Shown here piece by piece: positions 18,138-28,407 of a stretch of 64,000 nt of DNA. The first letter of the stretch is position 1. Each line of letters opens with the position of its first letter. The stretch spans positions 64,715 through 128,714 of the forward strand of contig CAVVMJ010000003.1 in assembly GCA_963749445.1 (NCBI GenBank), written 5' to 3'. Both the position numbers and the translations under genes were made by a program. This DNA comes from an uncultured bacterium. GTDB taxonomy: Bacteria > Patescibacteriota > Doudnabacteria > UBA920. The notes under the pieces were generated by a model that saw only the letters and a list, made by a program, of their open reading frames with translations, made no database searches and had not been told where the DNA came from.

Positions 18138-20330
18138 ATGATTGAACTCGAAAAAACCTACGACCACAGCAAAGTCGAAGATAAAATTTACAAACAGTGG
18201 ACGGACTCGGGATTTTTTAATCCCGACAATTTACCAGATGCGGACAAGCGCGAACCGTACAGCATTTCCCTGCCGCCGCCGAACGTGACCGGCGTTTTGC
18301 ATATGGGGCACGCATTTGAAAATACCATCCAAGACAGCATAATCCGCTACCAACGGATGAAGGGTAAACGCGCGCTTTGGCTGCCCGGCACCGACCACGC
18401 GGCCATTGCCACGCAGGCTAAATTTGAAAAAGAGCATTACAAAAAACATGAAAAGTCGCGCCATGACTATTCACGCGAAGAATTTTTCAACATGATCCAA
18501 AAATTTGCCCTGGCAAACCAACAGGGAATTTTATCACAACTCCATAAGCTGGGACTGTCTTTGGATTGGAGCAGGCTGGCTTTTACCTTGGACAAAGACC
18601 GCGAATTGGCCGTACGAACTGCTTTTAAAAAAATGTACGAAACCGGGCTGATTTACCGCGGCCACCGCCTGGTCAACTGGGATCCCAAAGCCCAGACTAC
18701 GGTTTCGGATGACGAGATTGAATGGCAGGAAGAAAAAGCGCCGCTTTATTATCTAAAGTATGGCCCGTTCACCATTGCCACGGCCCGGCCGGAAACCAAA
18801 TTTGGCGACAAGTACGTGGTCATGCATCCGGACGACAAGCGCTATAAACAATACAAGCAAGGCGACAAATTGGAACTGGAATGGATTAACGGGCCCGTCA
18901 CCGCGACCATTATCAAAGATAAAGTTATCGATATGGAATTCGGCTCAGGTTGTATGACTATTACACCCTGGCACGATGCCGTAGACTTTGAACTTGCCCA
19001 GCGCCATAAGTTGGATAGCGAACAAATTATTGACGAGCGCGGCATTTTGCTGCCTATTGCCGGGGAATTTGCGGGGGAACACATTAAAAAAGCCAGGCCG
19101 AAAGTCGTAGAAAAACTGCGGGCTAAAGGCCTAATAGAAAAAATAGAAGAGAGTTACGTTCACCGTATCGCCACCAATATGCGCGGCGGCGGGATTATAG
19201 AGCCTCAAATAAAATTGCAGTGGTTTATTGACGTCAACAAAAAATTTATTTTGGAAAATTCCAAAATTTCCGGCATTCCCTCCGGCAGCAAAACCACGTT
19301 AAAGGACATAATGAAAAAAACCGTGGGAAGCGGCCAAATAAAAATTATGCCGGAACGGTTTGAAAAAATATATTTCCATTGGATAGACAACTTGCGCGAT
19401 TGGTGCATTAGCCGGCAAATAATTTACGGCCACCAAATCCCGGTATGGTATAAAAATGAGGAAATTTACTGCGGAACAGAAGTTCCAAAAGGCAAAGGCT
19501 GGATCCAAGATACCGACACGCTTGATACATGGTTTTCTTCGGGCCTGTGGACTTTTTCCACCCTCGGGTGGCCCAATAATACCCAAGACATGCGTCTATA
19601 TCACCCAACTTCCGTAATGATGCCGGGATACGAAATCTTATTCTTTTGGGTTGCGCGCATGATTTTAATGAGCGGGTTTCTGCTTGGCGACATTCCGTTC
19701 CGCCAAGTCTATCTGCACGGCATAGTGCGCGACAGTAAAGGTCAAAAATTCAGCAAGTCCTTAAACAACGGCATTGACCCGCTGGAAATGACCGCCAAAT
19801 ACGGCACCGACGCTTTACGTATGGCTATGGTTTTCGGCGCGGCGCCGGGCAATGACGTAATTTTTGACGAGCAAAAAGTCAAAGGCATGAAGCACTTTGG
19901 CAATAAGCTTTGGAATATTGCGCGGTTTATTTTAGTAAATGATGTTCCCTCCTCCCCTGGCGAGGGGAGGATGTCCGCCGGAGGCGGACAGGAGAGGTTG
20001 CAGCCAATGACTGACGCTGACCGTGCTATTCTTGCCAAGCTCGACGCCACTATCAAGAATGTAACCGATCATTTGGACAACTTCCTCTTGCATGAAGCCG
20101 CTCAGGAAATTTACCAGTTTACCTGGCACGAATTCGCGGATATTTACATTGAGGCCAGCAAAAAACAGTTGGCCGATGAAAAGTTAAGAAAATCCACACT
20201 TTCCACTTTACGCTTTTCACTTTTAACTATCCTTAAACTTCTTCATCCGTTCATGCCCTTTGTCACCGAGGAAATCTGGTCAAAATTAAAGCAAAAAGGA
20301 TTATTAATCGTGGCCGATTGGCCAAAATAA
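18138..20330 (+). CDS. valS: valyl-tRNA synthetase, carrying an in-frame GC-rich element insertion
   Basis: HMGH (PNVTGVLHMGHAF), KMSKS-like KFSKSLNNG, and the editing domain; 730 aa. Confidence 0.9.
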   Translation: MIELEKTYDHSKVEDKIYKQWTDSGFFNPDNLPDADKREPYSISLPPPNVTGVLHMGHAFENTIQDSIIRYQRMKGKRALWLPGTDHAAIATQAKFEKEHYKKHEKSRHDYSREEFFNMIQKFALANQQGILSQLHKLGLSLDWSRLAFTLDKDRELAVRTAFKKMYETGLIYRGHRLVNWDPKAQTTVSDDEIEWQEEKAPLYYLKYGPFTIATARPETKFGDKYVVMHPDDKRYKQYKQGDKLELEWINGPVTATIIKDKVIDMEFGSGCMTITPWHDAVDFELAQRHKLDSEQIIDERGILLPIAGEFAGEHIKKARPKVVEKLRAKGLIEKIEESYVHRIATNMRGGGIIEPQIKLQWFIDVNKKFILENSKISGIPSGSKTTLKDIMKKTVGSGQIKIMPERFEKIYFHWIDNLRDWCISRQIIYGHQIPVWYKNEEIYCGTEVPKGKGWIQDTDTLDTWFSSGLWTFSTLGWPNNTQDMRLYHPTSVMMPGYEILFFWVARMILMSGFLLGDIPFRQVYLHGIVRDSKGQKFSKSLNNGIDPLEMTAKYGTDALRMAMVFGAAPGNDVIFDEQKVKGMKHFGNKLWNIARFILVNDVPSSPGEGRMSAGGGQERLQPMTDADRAILAKLDATIKNVTDHLDNFLLHEAAQEIYQFTWHEFADIYIEASKKQLADEKLRKSTLSTLRFSLLTILKLLHPFMPFVTEEIWSKLKQKGLLIVADWPK
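19944..20012. repeat. GC-rich hairpin-mosaic element copy B, in frame within valS
   Basis: tcctcccc-tggcg-aggggagga and gtccgcc-gga-ggcggac encode SSPGEGRMSAGGGQER. Confidence 0.6.
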
Positions 20331-20334
20331 ATTT

Positions 20335-20592
20335 ATGAAATATAGCGAGCAACATTTCCTCTCAATAGAAAAAGACATTCCAAGGGAAACCAAACACCCT
20401 GATTTTCAAGAAGGAGATCTAATTATTTGCCCTTCGGATCTTACAAGCATCAAATGGCGGATTGTTCATGTCGGACCAAAAAGAAATTACTTTGCCCAAG
20501 TCGCAGAAGGTCAAGTGTACCCAAGCACAAATTACCCAGAAGAGATTGAAATTACTCACCGCGCCGCAAAAAAATGGAAAAAAGTTCAATAA
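20335..20592 (+). CDS. hypothetical protein (85 aa)
   Basis: ORF with an RBS; no motif recognised. Confidence 0.4.
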   Translation: MKYSEQHFLSIEKDIPRETKHPDFQEGDLIICPSDLTSIKWRIVHVGPKRNYFAQVAEGQVYPSTNYPEEIEITHRAAKKWKKVQ

Positions 20593-20602
20593 TTTTAAAA
20601 CA

Positions 20603-20629
20603 TCCCGACACTGTCGGGACGTTTTTTAT
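20603..20629. terminator. bidirectional terminator between convergent genes
   Basis: tcccgacactgtcggga followed by cgtttttta. Confidence 0.7.
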
Positions 20630-20640
20630 TCTTTTTTCCA

Positions 20641-21846
20641 TTATTTCTTTTTGCTTTTTTGGTACGCCACCAATCCCTTTTTCAGCAAATCCATGGAAAC
20701 TTTTAGATCTTTAATGTTAAGAACATAGGCGATTCTGATTTCGTTTTTGCCCCGGCCTGGGGTAATGTAAAAATCCCGCATCGGCGTGACCATGACGGTT
20801 CGGCCCTTGTAGGAAAACTTACCAATCATAAATTTTACAAAGTCTTCCGAATCTTTAACCGGCAAACCCACGGCCTGGTAAAACGCGCCCTGGGCCGGCT
20901 TGAACACCGCGCCCGGAATTTTGCTTAAACCTTGCGCCACCACCTTTTGCCGAAGTTTGTATTCTTTGACAATGGTCCGAACGTATGGGCGGCTGTTCCG
21001 CAGCAGCGGCACCAAACCCAACTGCTCCAAAGTGCCGGTGGACAGCCTGGCCTGGGCGAACTTAAGCACGGAAGACATCACCTCGTTGTTAAAACTGGCC
21101 ACGCAGCCGATTCTCGCCCCGGGCATGGTAAAGCGCTTGGACGCGCTGTCCGTGACAATCACGTAGGCCCGGGCGTCTTTGCGGGCCAGCAAACAGGAAG
21201 GCTTGCCTTTAAACCTAATTTCGCGGTAAGTTTCGTCCGCAATAATGAACAGCTTGTGCTTTTTGGCGATTTTGACAATAATGTCCAGCTCTTTGTCGCT
21301 CCACAGCTTGCCCGTGGGGTTGTCGGGATTAATGACGACAATGGCTTTGGTCTTTTTGCCGATCTTTTTTTCCACGGCGGAAATGTCCGGCAAAGCGAAA
21401 TTCTTTTCTATGGGCAGCAGTACCGGCACCAGTTTGATGCCGGTCATCACCGCGAAAGACTTGTAACTGCTGTAGAGCGGCTCAAATACCAACAGCTCGT
21501 CGCCCGGGTCGCAAACAGCCTGCATGGCCAGCATAATCGCCTCAGCGCAGCCCACGGTCGGGATAATATTTTTCTGCGGCAGTTTAACGCCGTACTGTTC
21601 GTAATATTTTTGCCAAGCCTGTGTGTGCTCAGGGACTCCCGGGGAAGGCGTGTAGCCCAAACTGCGGTCGGAATAATTCCGGATGATCTTAAAAAATTCC
21701 CGCGGCGGCCGCAGGTCCGGATCGCCGACATTGACTTTATAAACCTTAATCCCTTTTTTCTCCGCGGCCTGCACAAAGGGCAAAAATTTTCTGATGGGCG
21801 AAGCAATTACGTTTTGCGCGCGTTTGGACACTTGCAATTTTGGCAT
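20641..21846 (-). CDS. PLP-dependent class I/II aminotransferase
   Basis: 401 aa; NPDNPTG and a SASKRF-like region with the PLP-binding Lys. Confidence 0.8.
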   Translation of the reverse strand: MPKLQVSKRAQNVIASPIRKFLPFVQAAEKKGIKVYKVNVGDPDLRPPREFFKIIRNYSDRSLGYTPSPGVPEHTQAWQKYYEQYGVKLPQKNIIPTVGCAEAIMLAMQAVCDPGDELLVFEPLYSSYKSFAVMTGIKLVPVLLPIEKNFALPDISAVEKKIGKKTKAIVVINPDNPTGKLWSDKELDIIVKIAKKHKLFIIADETYREIRFKGKPSCLLARKDARAYVIVTDSASKRFTMPGARIGCVASFNNEVMSSVLKFAQARLSTGTLEQLGLVPLLRNSRPYVRTIVKEYKLRQKVVAQGLSKIPGAVFKPAQGAFYQAVGLPVKDSEDFVKFMIGKFSYKGRTVMVTPMRDFYITPGRGKNEIRIAYVLNIKDLKVSMDLLKKGLVAYQKSKKK

Positions 21847-21957
21847 ATTTTATGGGTTTAATTTTTATTCGTATGATAACCACCTACCGAAATTATATCA
21901 AAAATCCCGCCCCAAAGCCAACTGGGACGAAATTTTGATTGTGCGATAATTTTACGC

Positions 21958-22725
21958 TTATAATTTTTTTAGTTCCAAACACATAAACAAAGGAATCTCT
22001 TTGCGCGCCAAATCTTCGGCCTGTTTGCGCGGGCCTTGGTCGCTGACTTTATGCGACACCCACTCTTCCAAACGGACGACGGACAAACCGGCTTTGGCAA
22101 AAGCCTTAAAGTAAACTTGCAAAGGCCTGTGAAATGTCATTGTAAACTTCTTTTGGCTGACATTTGCCACGCCCTGCGTCATATCTACCTCTTGGAAAAT
22201 TTCCGATAGGTATTTATCAACGCGGCGATATTGGATATTGGTTTTTTCATCGTACGACCAGGAAGATGCGCCGGGTATGCGGAACGCCGGATGGTTAAGC
22301 ACTAACACGCACCTGCCGCCGGGTTTAAGGACCCGGGCTATTTCGCTAATTGCGGCTGATAAATTCTTTATGTTCTGCAAAGCCAAAACGCAAATTGCCG
22401 CGTCAAACCGGTTACTAATTAGCGACGTCATTTTTTCCGCGGATAAAACCAAATACGTCTCGTTTTTGCCGGACTCCTCTTTGGCCAGCCTTATTAACTC
22501 CCCGGCTATGTCTATGCCAACCACTTTGGCCCCCGATTGTGCAAGCGCCCGCGCAAAGAAACCCTGGCCGGAGCCCACGTCCAAAATTTCCTGTCCTTGG
22601 TGAGGGCCAATTATCCTTAACAAATTCGGTTTGATCAGTCTTTCCTGATAGGTATCTTCGCCCTCTTCTAACATCTGGTTATACCACCCGGCCACTTTAC
22701 CCCAAGATGTACTTTTTTTAAGCAT
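21958..22725 (-). CDS. class I SAM-dependent methyltransferase
   Basis: ILDVGSGQGFFARALAQSGAKVVGIDIA. Confidence 0.8.
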   Translation of the reverse strand: MLKKSTSWGKVAGWYNQMLEEGEDTYQERLIKPNLLRIIGPHQGQEILDVGSGQGFFARALAQSGAKVVGIDIAGELIRLAKEESGKNETYLVLSAEKMTSLISNRFDAAICVLALQNIKNLSAAISEIARVLKPGGRCVLVLNHPAFRIPGASSWSYDEKTNIQYRRVDKYLSEIFQEVDMTQGVANVSQKKFTMTFHRPLQVYFKAFAKAGLSVVRLEEWVSHKVSDQGPRKQAEDLARKEIPLFMCLELKKL

Positions 22726-22728
22726 AAA

Positions 22729-23130
22729 TCATTTCCTATTTAAATAAGTAACGGTCAGCTGCAAAATCGTGGCAAAACAAACCCACAACAAATACGGAAT
22801 GTTGGCATACGCCACCCAAGGCAAAAGCGGCTGAATAACAACCAGCGCCCAAACTAAAGTTATCAAAACCAGTAAAATATCAATCGCTGATAAAAAATTA
22901 TTTTTTAGCCCAAACTGCAAAGGCGTAAAAGCAAAATTAAAAACCAGATTTAAAATAAACGGCAGTGCCACTGCCCAACCTATCGCTCCGGTCAAAGTTC
23001 GATAAAATACAATGCCAAAAGTTATGACAATAATAATATACAGCACCGTCCACACCGGCCCAAACAGCCACCGCGGCGGCGCCCAGGAAGGCTTTTTTAG
23101 CTGCGAATACCAATTATAGGCGTTGTCCAT
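22729..23130 (-). CDS. tspO: TspO/MBR tryptophan-rich sensory protein
   Basis: LKKPSWAPPRWLFGPVWTVLY hallmark; 133 aa. Confidence 0.8.
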   Translation of the reverse strand: MDNAYNWYSQLKKPSWAPPRWLFGPVWTVLYIIIVITFGIVFYRTLTGAIGWAVALPFILNLVFNFAFTPLQFGLKNNFLSAIDILLVLITLVWALVVIQPLLPWVAYANIPYLLWVCFATILQLTVTYLNRK

Positions 23131-23142
23131 ATTTTGCCTCGC

Positions 23143-23544
23143 TTAAATTACGGGCTGCGCGCAGTGCGAGCAGCGCTTGGCCTCCAAAGGAATCTCGCTT
23201 AAGCACTCTTTGCATTTTTTGGTGGTGGGGTCGGCCGGCGGCTCTCTGTGGGAACGCTCGATCAGCATATTTATGGGCTTAACCACAAAGAAAAACACCG
23301 CCGCGGCCACCAGCACAAACGAAATCACCGCATTGATGAGATGGCCATACATAAACTTGCTGCCGTTTAGCGTAAACATCAAACCGCTAAAGTCCGGAAC
23401 TTTGGCTATTGCTGCGATGAACGGGGTCAGCAGGTCCGTTACCAGCGCGGTCACGACCACGCCAAAAGCCGCGCCAATGACCACGCCGACCGCCAAATCC
23501 ACCACGTTTCCCCGGAGCAAAAATTGCTTGAATTCCTTAAGCAT
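23143..23544 (-). CDS. mscL: large-conductance mechanosensitive channel MscL with a C-terminal Cys4 zinc-ribbon extension
   Basis: MLKEFKQFLLRGNVVDLAVGVVIGAAFG; C-terminal CKEC...CSHC. Confidence 0.9.
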   Translation of the reverse strand: MLKEFKQFLLRGNVVDLAVGVVIGAAFGVVVTALVTDLLTPFIAAIAKVPDFSGLMFTLNGSKFMYGHLINAVISFVLVAAAVFFFVVKPINMLIERSHREPPADPTTKKCKECLSEIPLEAKRCSHCAQPVI

Positions 23545-23617
23545 ATGTTTTTGGATTAATGTTTGTTAGTTTTTTAAATAATGATTCAAATATATAATAA
23601 TTATTTTACTCTTCCAT

Positions 23618-24202
23618 CTATTTCCGGCTAATCTCCGGGGACTGCTCAGAAAATTGTTTTAATGCTTGTGGAGTTACGTGGTAATCTGGCATATGTTTGC
23701 TTCCCCCCGATTCTATCCAACCTTTATTTACTAATTCTTTTATGGTAGCTGGGTCAAGCCCGCCAGCCTCCGCTGCAGTAAAAGGTTTGCCGCGCGTCCC
23801 ATAATACTCAACTAAAAACTTGCCCCACCCATCAATAGTCGTCGGCCTTTCAGTCCTGACGACATCAACTTTTATAGGCGATTTTTTAGACATTTTTTTA
23901 GGCGCACGCTGTCCTTTAGGCATATCCAAAAGAAGATTTCCCAATACCCTTCCGATTTCCCGACAGTGGTTGGGGGTTGGCCACATGGCAGGATCAGAAT
24001 TATTTAGCCAACTTTCTATTGTATTTCGCCCAAAACCCCGCCCGCCAAGGAGCTCAAACAACTTCTCCTCGCCGTAGCCTTTTTTTAAATCACTGAATCT
24101 TTGTAAGACTAACTTGCGCTCTACTCTATTTTTTTCCCTTTCGGTTTCCAATTCGGCCACACTTTGTATTTGCTCTGAAAAAGAGTCAAGTGTATCCGCC
24201 AT
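23618..24202 (-). CDS. hypothetical protein (194 aa)
   Basis: ORF only. Confidence 0.4.
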   Translation of the reverse strand: MADTLDSFSEQIQSVAELETEREKNRVERKLVLQRFSDLKKGYGEEKLFELLGGRGFGRNTIESWLNNSDPAMWPTPNHCREIGRVLGNLLLDMPKGQRAPKKMSKKSPIKVDVVRTERPTTIDGWGKFLVEYYGTRGKPFTAAEAGGLDPATIKELVNKGWIESGGSKHMPDYHVTPQALKQFSEQSPEISRK

Positions 24203-24238
24203 ATTTTTTGCATTTACTTATTACTGACTACTGGTAAC

Positions 24239-24622
24239 TTAAAAAGAGACAACAATACGCCGCTGACGCGGGCCGTCAAATTCCATCAACACCACGCGTT
24301 GCCATGTCCCAAGCATAAGCTCCCCGCCTGATACCGGCAAAGTCAATGACGTGCCGATTATGGATGACAAAATATGGTCCGGCATGTGGCTTGGGTCGTG
24401 CGGGTGGCGGAATTGGATTTTGGGGATTATCTTTTCCAAAGCGTCCAGATAATCCAAGTCCGTGCCGCCTTCGTCCAAATCCGCCGTGGTCAGCGCGGCC
24501 GTGGTATGGGTAACAAACAAATTCACCAGGCCGTCTTTTTTGCCATCTAACAACCCGTTAACCTTATCGGTAATGTCAATTACCTCCCTTTTCTTTGTGG
24601 TTTTGATGATTAGTTCTTTCAT
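24239..24622 (-). CDS. YjbQ/UPF0047-family protein
   Basis: FVTHTTAALT...LGTWQRVVLMEFDGPRQRRIVV. Confidence 0.8.
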   Translation of the reverse strand: MKELIIKTTKKREVIDITDKVNGLLDGKKDGLVNLFVTHTTAALTTADLDEGGTDLDYLDALEKIIPKIQFRHPHDPSHMPDHILSSIIGTSLTLPVSGGELMLGTWQRVVLMEFDGPRQRRIVVSF

Positions 24623-24688
24623 AAAAGCCGTAATTAAGTGTGAGGTTATATTCTAACTATAGCAAATAACCGGCAAAATATCTAAAAA

Positions 24689-24711
24689 ATCGGACACTTG
24701 TCCGATTTTTA
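24689..24711. terminator. bidirectional terminator
   Basis: aaaaaatcggacacttgtccgattttt. Confidence 0.6.
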
Positions 24712-24721
24712 CTGTTCTCTT

Positions 24722-24733
24722 ATTCGCGCGAAT
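24722..24733. promoter_or_regulatory. perfect palindrome ATTCGCGCGAAT, site 1 of 6, embedded in a 28-bp extended palindrome
   Basis: gttctcttattcgcgcgaatataagaac. Confidence 0.5.
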
Positions 24734-24750
24734 ATAAGAACGCCAGATAA

Positions 24751-25203
24751 TTATTTATTTTGCAATTTATTCAAAATTTCCAGCATTAGCCTATTTTGGT
24801 TTTCCAGGTGGCGCAAAATGGTTTCTATTTCCAGTTCCGCCTTGGTGTTAACTTCAAAATCGGCTTCCGCGCGCAGTTCAGCGTGCCGCCCCTGGAGGTT
24901 TTGGCCTATCATAATCAACGGCATTAAAAATATCTGGATCATGTTGGAAATAAACAGCCACAACACAAACGCCGGAAACGGGTCAAACCGCTCCCCTTTT
25001 GGCGCCAGCGTGTTCCAGGACAGCCAAGATATAGTCCAAACAAAAATAATCAGGAAAAAACCCATGGTACCAATATGCTCGGTAATCCACACCGCCAATT
25101 TTTCCAGCTTGCTTAAATGCTGGCGGTGTTCAAGGTTAACATTACGCAGAGGTCTCTGCATTTTTTCCAGCCCCTCGGGGCTTTTTGGTTGCGTGTTGTC
25201 CAT
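24751..25203 (-). CDS. DUF1003-family membrane protein
   Basis: FDPFPAFVLWLFISNMIQIFLMPLIMIGQNLQGRHAELRAEADFEVN. Confidence 0.6.
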   Translation of the reverse strand: MDNTQPKSPEGLEKMQRPLRNVNLEHRQHLSKLEKLAVWITEHIGTMGFFLIIFVWTISWLSWNTLAPKGERFDPFPAFVLWLFISNMIQIFLMPLIMIGQNLQGRHAELRAEADFEVNTKAELEIETILRHLENQNRLMLEILNKLQNK

Positions 25204-25270
25204 AAATTTATGATTCTACTATAAAATATATACTTTGGAATATACTTTTTTAATTACTAAATTTTTATTT

Positions 25271-25816
25271 CTAACGGATTCCGGTATCGCAGGAAATATC
25301 AACGCTCACAAAGTTATTTGCCGCAACTTCTACTTGCTTTTGTTCGCAGCGCGGCAAAATATTGACCGGATTCACTTTTAAGGTATAAATGCCGACCGGA
25401 ACCATCAAACTAAACTTACCAGATGAGTCAGTCTGTCCTTGATATTCCTTGCCGGCCTGATTGATGGCCGCCACTTTCGCATTGATGTACGGCTTGTCGG
25501 CGCAATTAGGATCCGGCGGAATTCTTTGGACCGGACACGAAGGGCCGGTATGAACATAACCATTAATACCGCCGATTGGGGCGGGCGGGGGCGGCACAAG
25601 GGCGGGCGGAGTTGATGTAGCTTTCGCGGATGGTTGCGGACAAACGGCAAACTCGCACTTGGGCCCGGTTCTGCCCACGTAACTGCCATCCGGACACAGC
25701 TTAGCCTCCTGGGTGCAGGCAATAGGCTCTGGGGTTGGATTCGGATTAACTTTGGCCTGCTGGCATCCGGCCGCGAGCAAAAATATTATCGCAAACAAAA
25801 ATAAAGTTCTTTTCAT
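25271..25816 (-). CDS. Cys-rich lipoprotein with a carboxypeptidase-regulatory-like beta domain; possibly metal-binding
   Basis: Lipobox LLAAGC; about ten Cys; SGKFSLMVPVGIYTLKV. The palindromic operator lies directly upstream. Confidence 0.5.
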   Translation of the reverse strand: MKRTLFLFAIIFLLAAGCQQAKVNPNPTPEPIACTQEAKLCPDGSYVGRTGPKCEFAVCPQPSAKATSTPPALVPPPPAPIGGINGYVHTGPSCPVQRIPPDPNCADKPYINAKVAAINQAGKEYQGQTDSSGKFSLMVPVGIYTLKVNPVNILPRCEQKQVEVAANNFVSVDISCDTGIR

Positions 25817-25847
25817 AAATCACAACTTTAATTTTAACTATTCGCCT

Positions 25848-25859
25848 ATTCGCGCGAAT
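25848..25859. promoter_or_regulatory. palindrome ATTCGCGCGAAT site 2, between ArsR-1 and the lipoprotein gene
   Basis: ctattcgcctattcgcgcgaattagagaat. Confidence 0.55.
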
Positions 25860-26119
25860 TAGAGAATATCCAGAACCGATTTAAGTACGCGGCCAAACGG
25901 CCGGTTTAAAGAATAAAACATGCTCAAATTGATTTGTTCACGATCAACAATATCGGCCGTGCGTAAAATCCCCAAATGCTTGGACGTAGCTTTAAACGAC
26001 AGCTTAATTTCTTTGGCAATATCCCCCACCGCGGCCTTATGGTATTGGTGGAGATATCTAACAATGGCCAGCCGGCGGCGGTTAGCCAGAGCTTTTAAGG
26101 TTTTTTCCGTTTGTTTCAT
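25859..26119 (-). CDS. ArsR/SmtB-family transcriptional regulator, paralog 1
   Basis: LANRRRLAIVRYL...VGDIAKEIKLSFKATSKHLGILR. Start taken at MKQTEKT. Confidence 0.8.
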   Translation of the reverse strand: MKQTEKTLKALANRRRLAIVRYLHQYHKAAVGDIAKEIKLSFKATSKHLGILRTADIVDREQINLSMFYSLNRPFGRVLKSVLDIL

Positions 26120-26159
26120 AAATCTGTACCTATAATACCACAAAATCAACTGTTCGCCT

Positions 26160-26171
26160 ATTCGCGCGAAT
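26160..26171. promoter_or_regulatory. palindrome site 3, overlapping the ArsR-1 promoter (autoregulatory operator)
   Basis: Reverse strand reads ATTCGCGCGAATAGGCGAACAGTTGATTTTGTGGTATTATAGG...ATG. Confidence 0.55.
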
Positions 26172-26222
26172 TAGAGAACAATAAAAAAAATTGTTAAAAT
26201 GTAAACTTTTTAATAATACTGT

Positions 26223-28291
26223 TCAATTACTTAAACTCTGCAAAAATTTCACAATTCTGTTATCCAGCATAATGTCGGCGCCTACGACCGGACATTTTAA
26301 GTACAGTCCTTCCAGGGTGCGGCAGCGGGAGAGAGCGACATAAAGCTGGCCGTGCGCGAATGTGCCGGTGGAAAGGTCTACGCAGACTTTGTCAAATGTT
26401 TTGCCCTGGGCTTTGTGGATGGTTACGGCCCAGGCCAATTTAAACGGATACTGGGTAAAGGTGCCTACGGTCCGGCTATCAATTTTTTGCGTGTCTTTGT
26501 CCAGGTAATATTGGTACATTTCCCAGGTATAAGGCGTGACGTATTCGGTTTCGCCGGTTTCCAGTTCGATGACGATGCTGTCGGATGATGGGGTTTGGTC
26601 TTCGTATTCATCAGAGGTCCCACCTCTCTGCCCCTCATGGGGGCTAGTGAGGGCATCTCCCCTCGCCCCGCCGTCGCCAAGGCTTTGGCGGGCAGGCAGG
26701 GGAGAAGGGAACACTGAATCATCACACGGCACGCCACGGCGTGCCGCTACATCGCCGTTATCGTTATTGTCATCGTTGTTGCCCTTTTCTATCCCCACAA
26801 TCTTGCCCATAGTGCCGTTGACCCAGCGTTTTTGCCTGTCGTTGTTAAGCATCATTATTTGCGCGCCGATTTTTACGCGCAGGTCCAAATCGGTGGGCAA
26901 TTCGCGGTCTTCAAATTTGCCGGACGCGCTGCCGTTATAAATTTTCGCAGGGGATAATATTTTTTCCAGGAAAAATCGTTAACCTTGCGCGCCCGCGCAT
27001 TGGTAGGCGTTAAATAAATCGCGAATTTTTCAAAAGTGAACGTTGCCCCGGCCTCCTGCGAGCGTTGGTTTAATATTATAAGATGTTCCTCGGTGGCCGC
27101 GTTGTTGCGCACGGCGTTCAAAACGTCCAAAAATACCTGATCCTTTTGCCTGTACACCTGTTGCAATTGGATATAATTAAATTTTGCGGTTTTAAAACTC
27201 CGGGAATCAAAAAAATACGGGCTTTGATATTCCTGCATCAGCACGCTTTCGCTGCCGAAATCTTTATCTACCGGCGGCAGCTGATACAAATCGCCGATGA
27301 ATATCATCTGCAATCCGCCAAAGGGCTCATGCGGAGCCGGGCCGTTTAAGCGCAAAAACTTTTCCAAACAATCCAGCAAGTCCGCGCGCACCATGGAGAT
27401 TTCATCGATAATTATCACATTAAGTTTTTGCAGCAACTCAAACTTTGCCGATCCCGGCTTTAACTTCTTTACCCTGTGGACGGTAATGTCCGGCCCAAAG
27501 GCGCAAAAACTGTGGATAGTCTGGCCTTCCACGTTCAAGGCAGCCACGCCCGTGGGCGCCAGCACCACGAGATTCTTTTTGGTGTGGTAACGGAAATATT
27601 GCAGCAAGGTGGATTTGCCCGTGCCCGCCTCGCCGGTTAAAAATAAATTTTGATTTGAATTTTCCAGCAACTCCAGCGCTTTTAGGGCTTCGGGATTTCC
27701 GTTAAAATCCAAGGGCGGGAGTTCCGGCTCATGACGACGAGCCTCTAATCGCGGACGGCCAAAATCCGCCCCTACATCCTCACGTCTATATTTAACCAAC
27801 TCCCCCGCCAGTTGCTCCAGGCGGTTGCGGATAAATTCGCCTTTTACTTTTCCCAACGCATCCGATATCCGTTTAATAAACGCCAAATAAGTTTCGCGCT
27901 TGCCCTGTAAATACTTTTGGTATTCCGCCCGCAAAAAATCGTTTTGGCCTTGCGGGATGGCCTCTTCGGTTTGTTTGTCCAGCTCTTTTTTACGGAACTC
28001 GCCCTGGGCGTAATCCCAACCCGGGACGTCTTGGAAACTTGCAGCCAGCCGCGCCTTGAGCCCGCCGGCCGCGCGGCCAAAATCCAAAATTATTTTGTCT
28101 AAAAACGCGTCAAAATCCCCTGGCTCACCCGCCACGTCGTTTCGCGAACGACTGTGGCCCGCGCAAAAATCCCGGTACAATTTCTTTAGCTTTTCGTCCT
28201 CTTCGGCGTCCCACTTCTTGCCCATGCGCGGATGCTTTTTGCGCAGTTCTTCGAGGTTGGATATTTTATTTTGGCTGATTGTATCTTGCAT
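26223..28291 (-). CDS. Pif1/RecD-like SF1 helicase, interrupted by a +1 frameshift near 26915-26925 and carrying GC element C in frame
   Basis: GEAGTGKST (Walker A), IIIDEISMV, and C-terminal [15 protein letters not shown]. The ORFs 26873..28291 and 26223..26900 overlap; removing one base in gcagcgcgtccggc restores ...[17 protein letters not shown]. Confidence 0.65.
26615..26750. repeat. GC-rich hairpin-mosaic element copy C, in frame within the helicase
   Basis: gcccctcatgggggc, cgccaaggctttggcg, cggcacgccacggcgtgccg. Confidence 0.55.
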
Positions 28292-28407
28292 TTATTTTTG
28301 ATTATCAGGCAGCTTCGGAACTGTAGCGTGCCCAATTTATTGGGCTGCAGCCGATAAATCGGCACGCTACACTACGAAAATCGGATCTCACGAAAAAACT
28401 CAAACTA

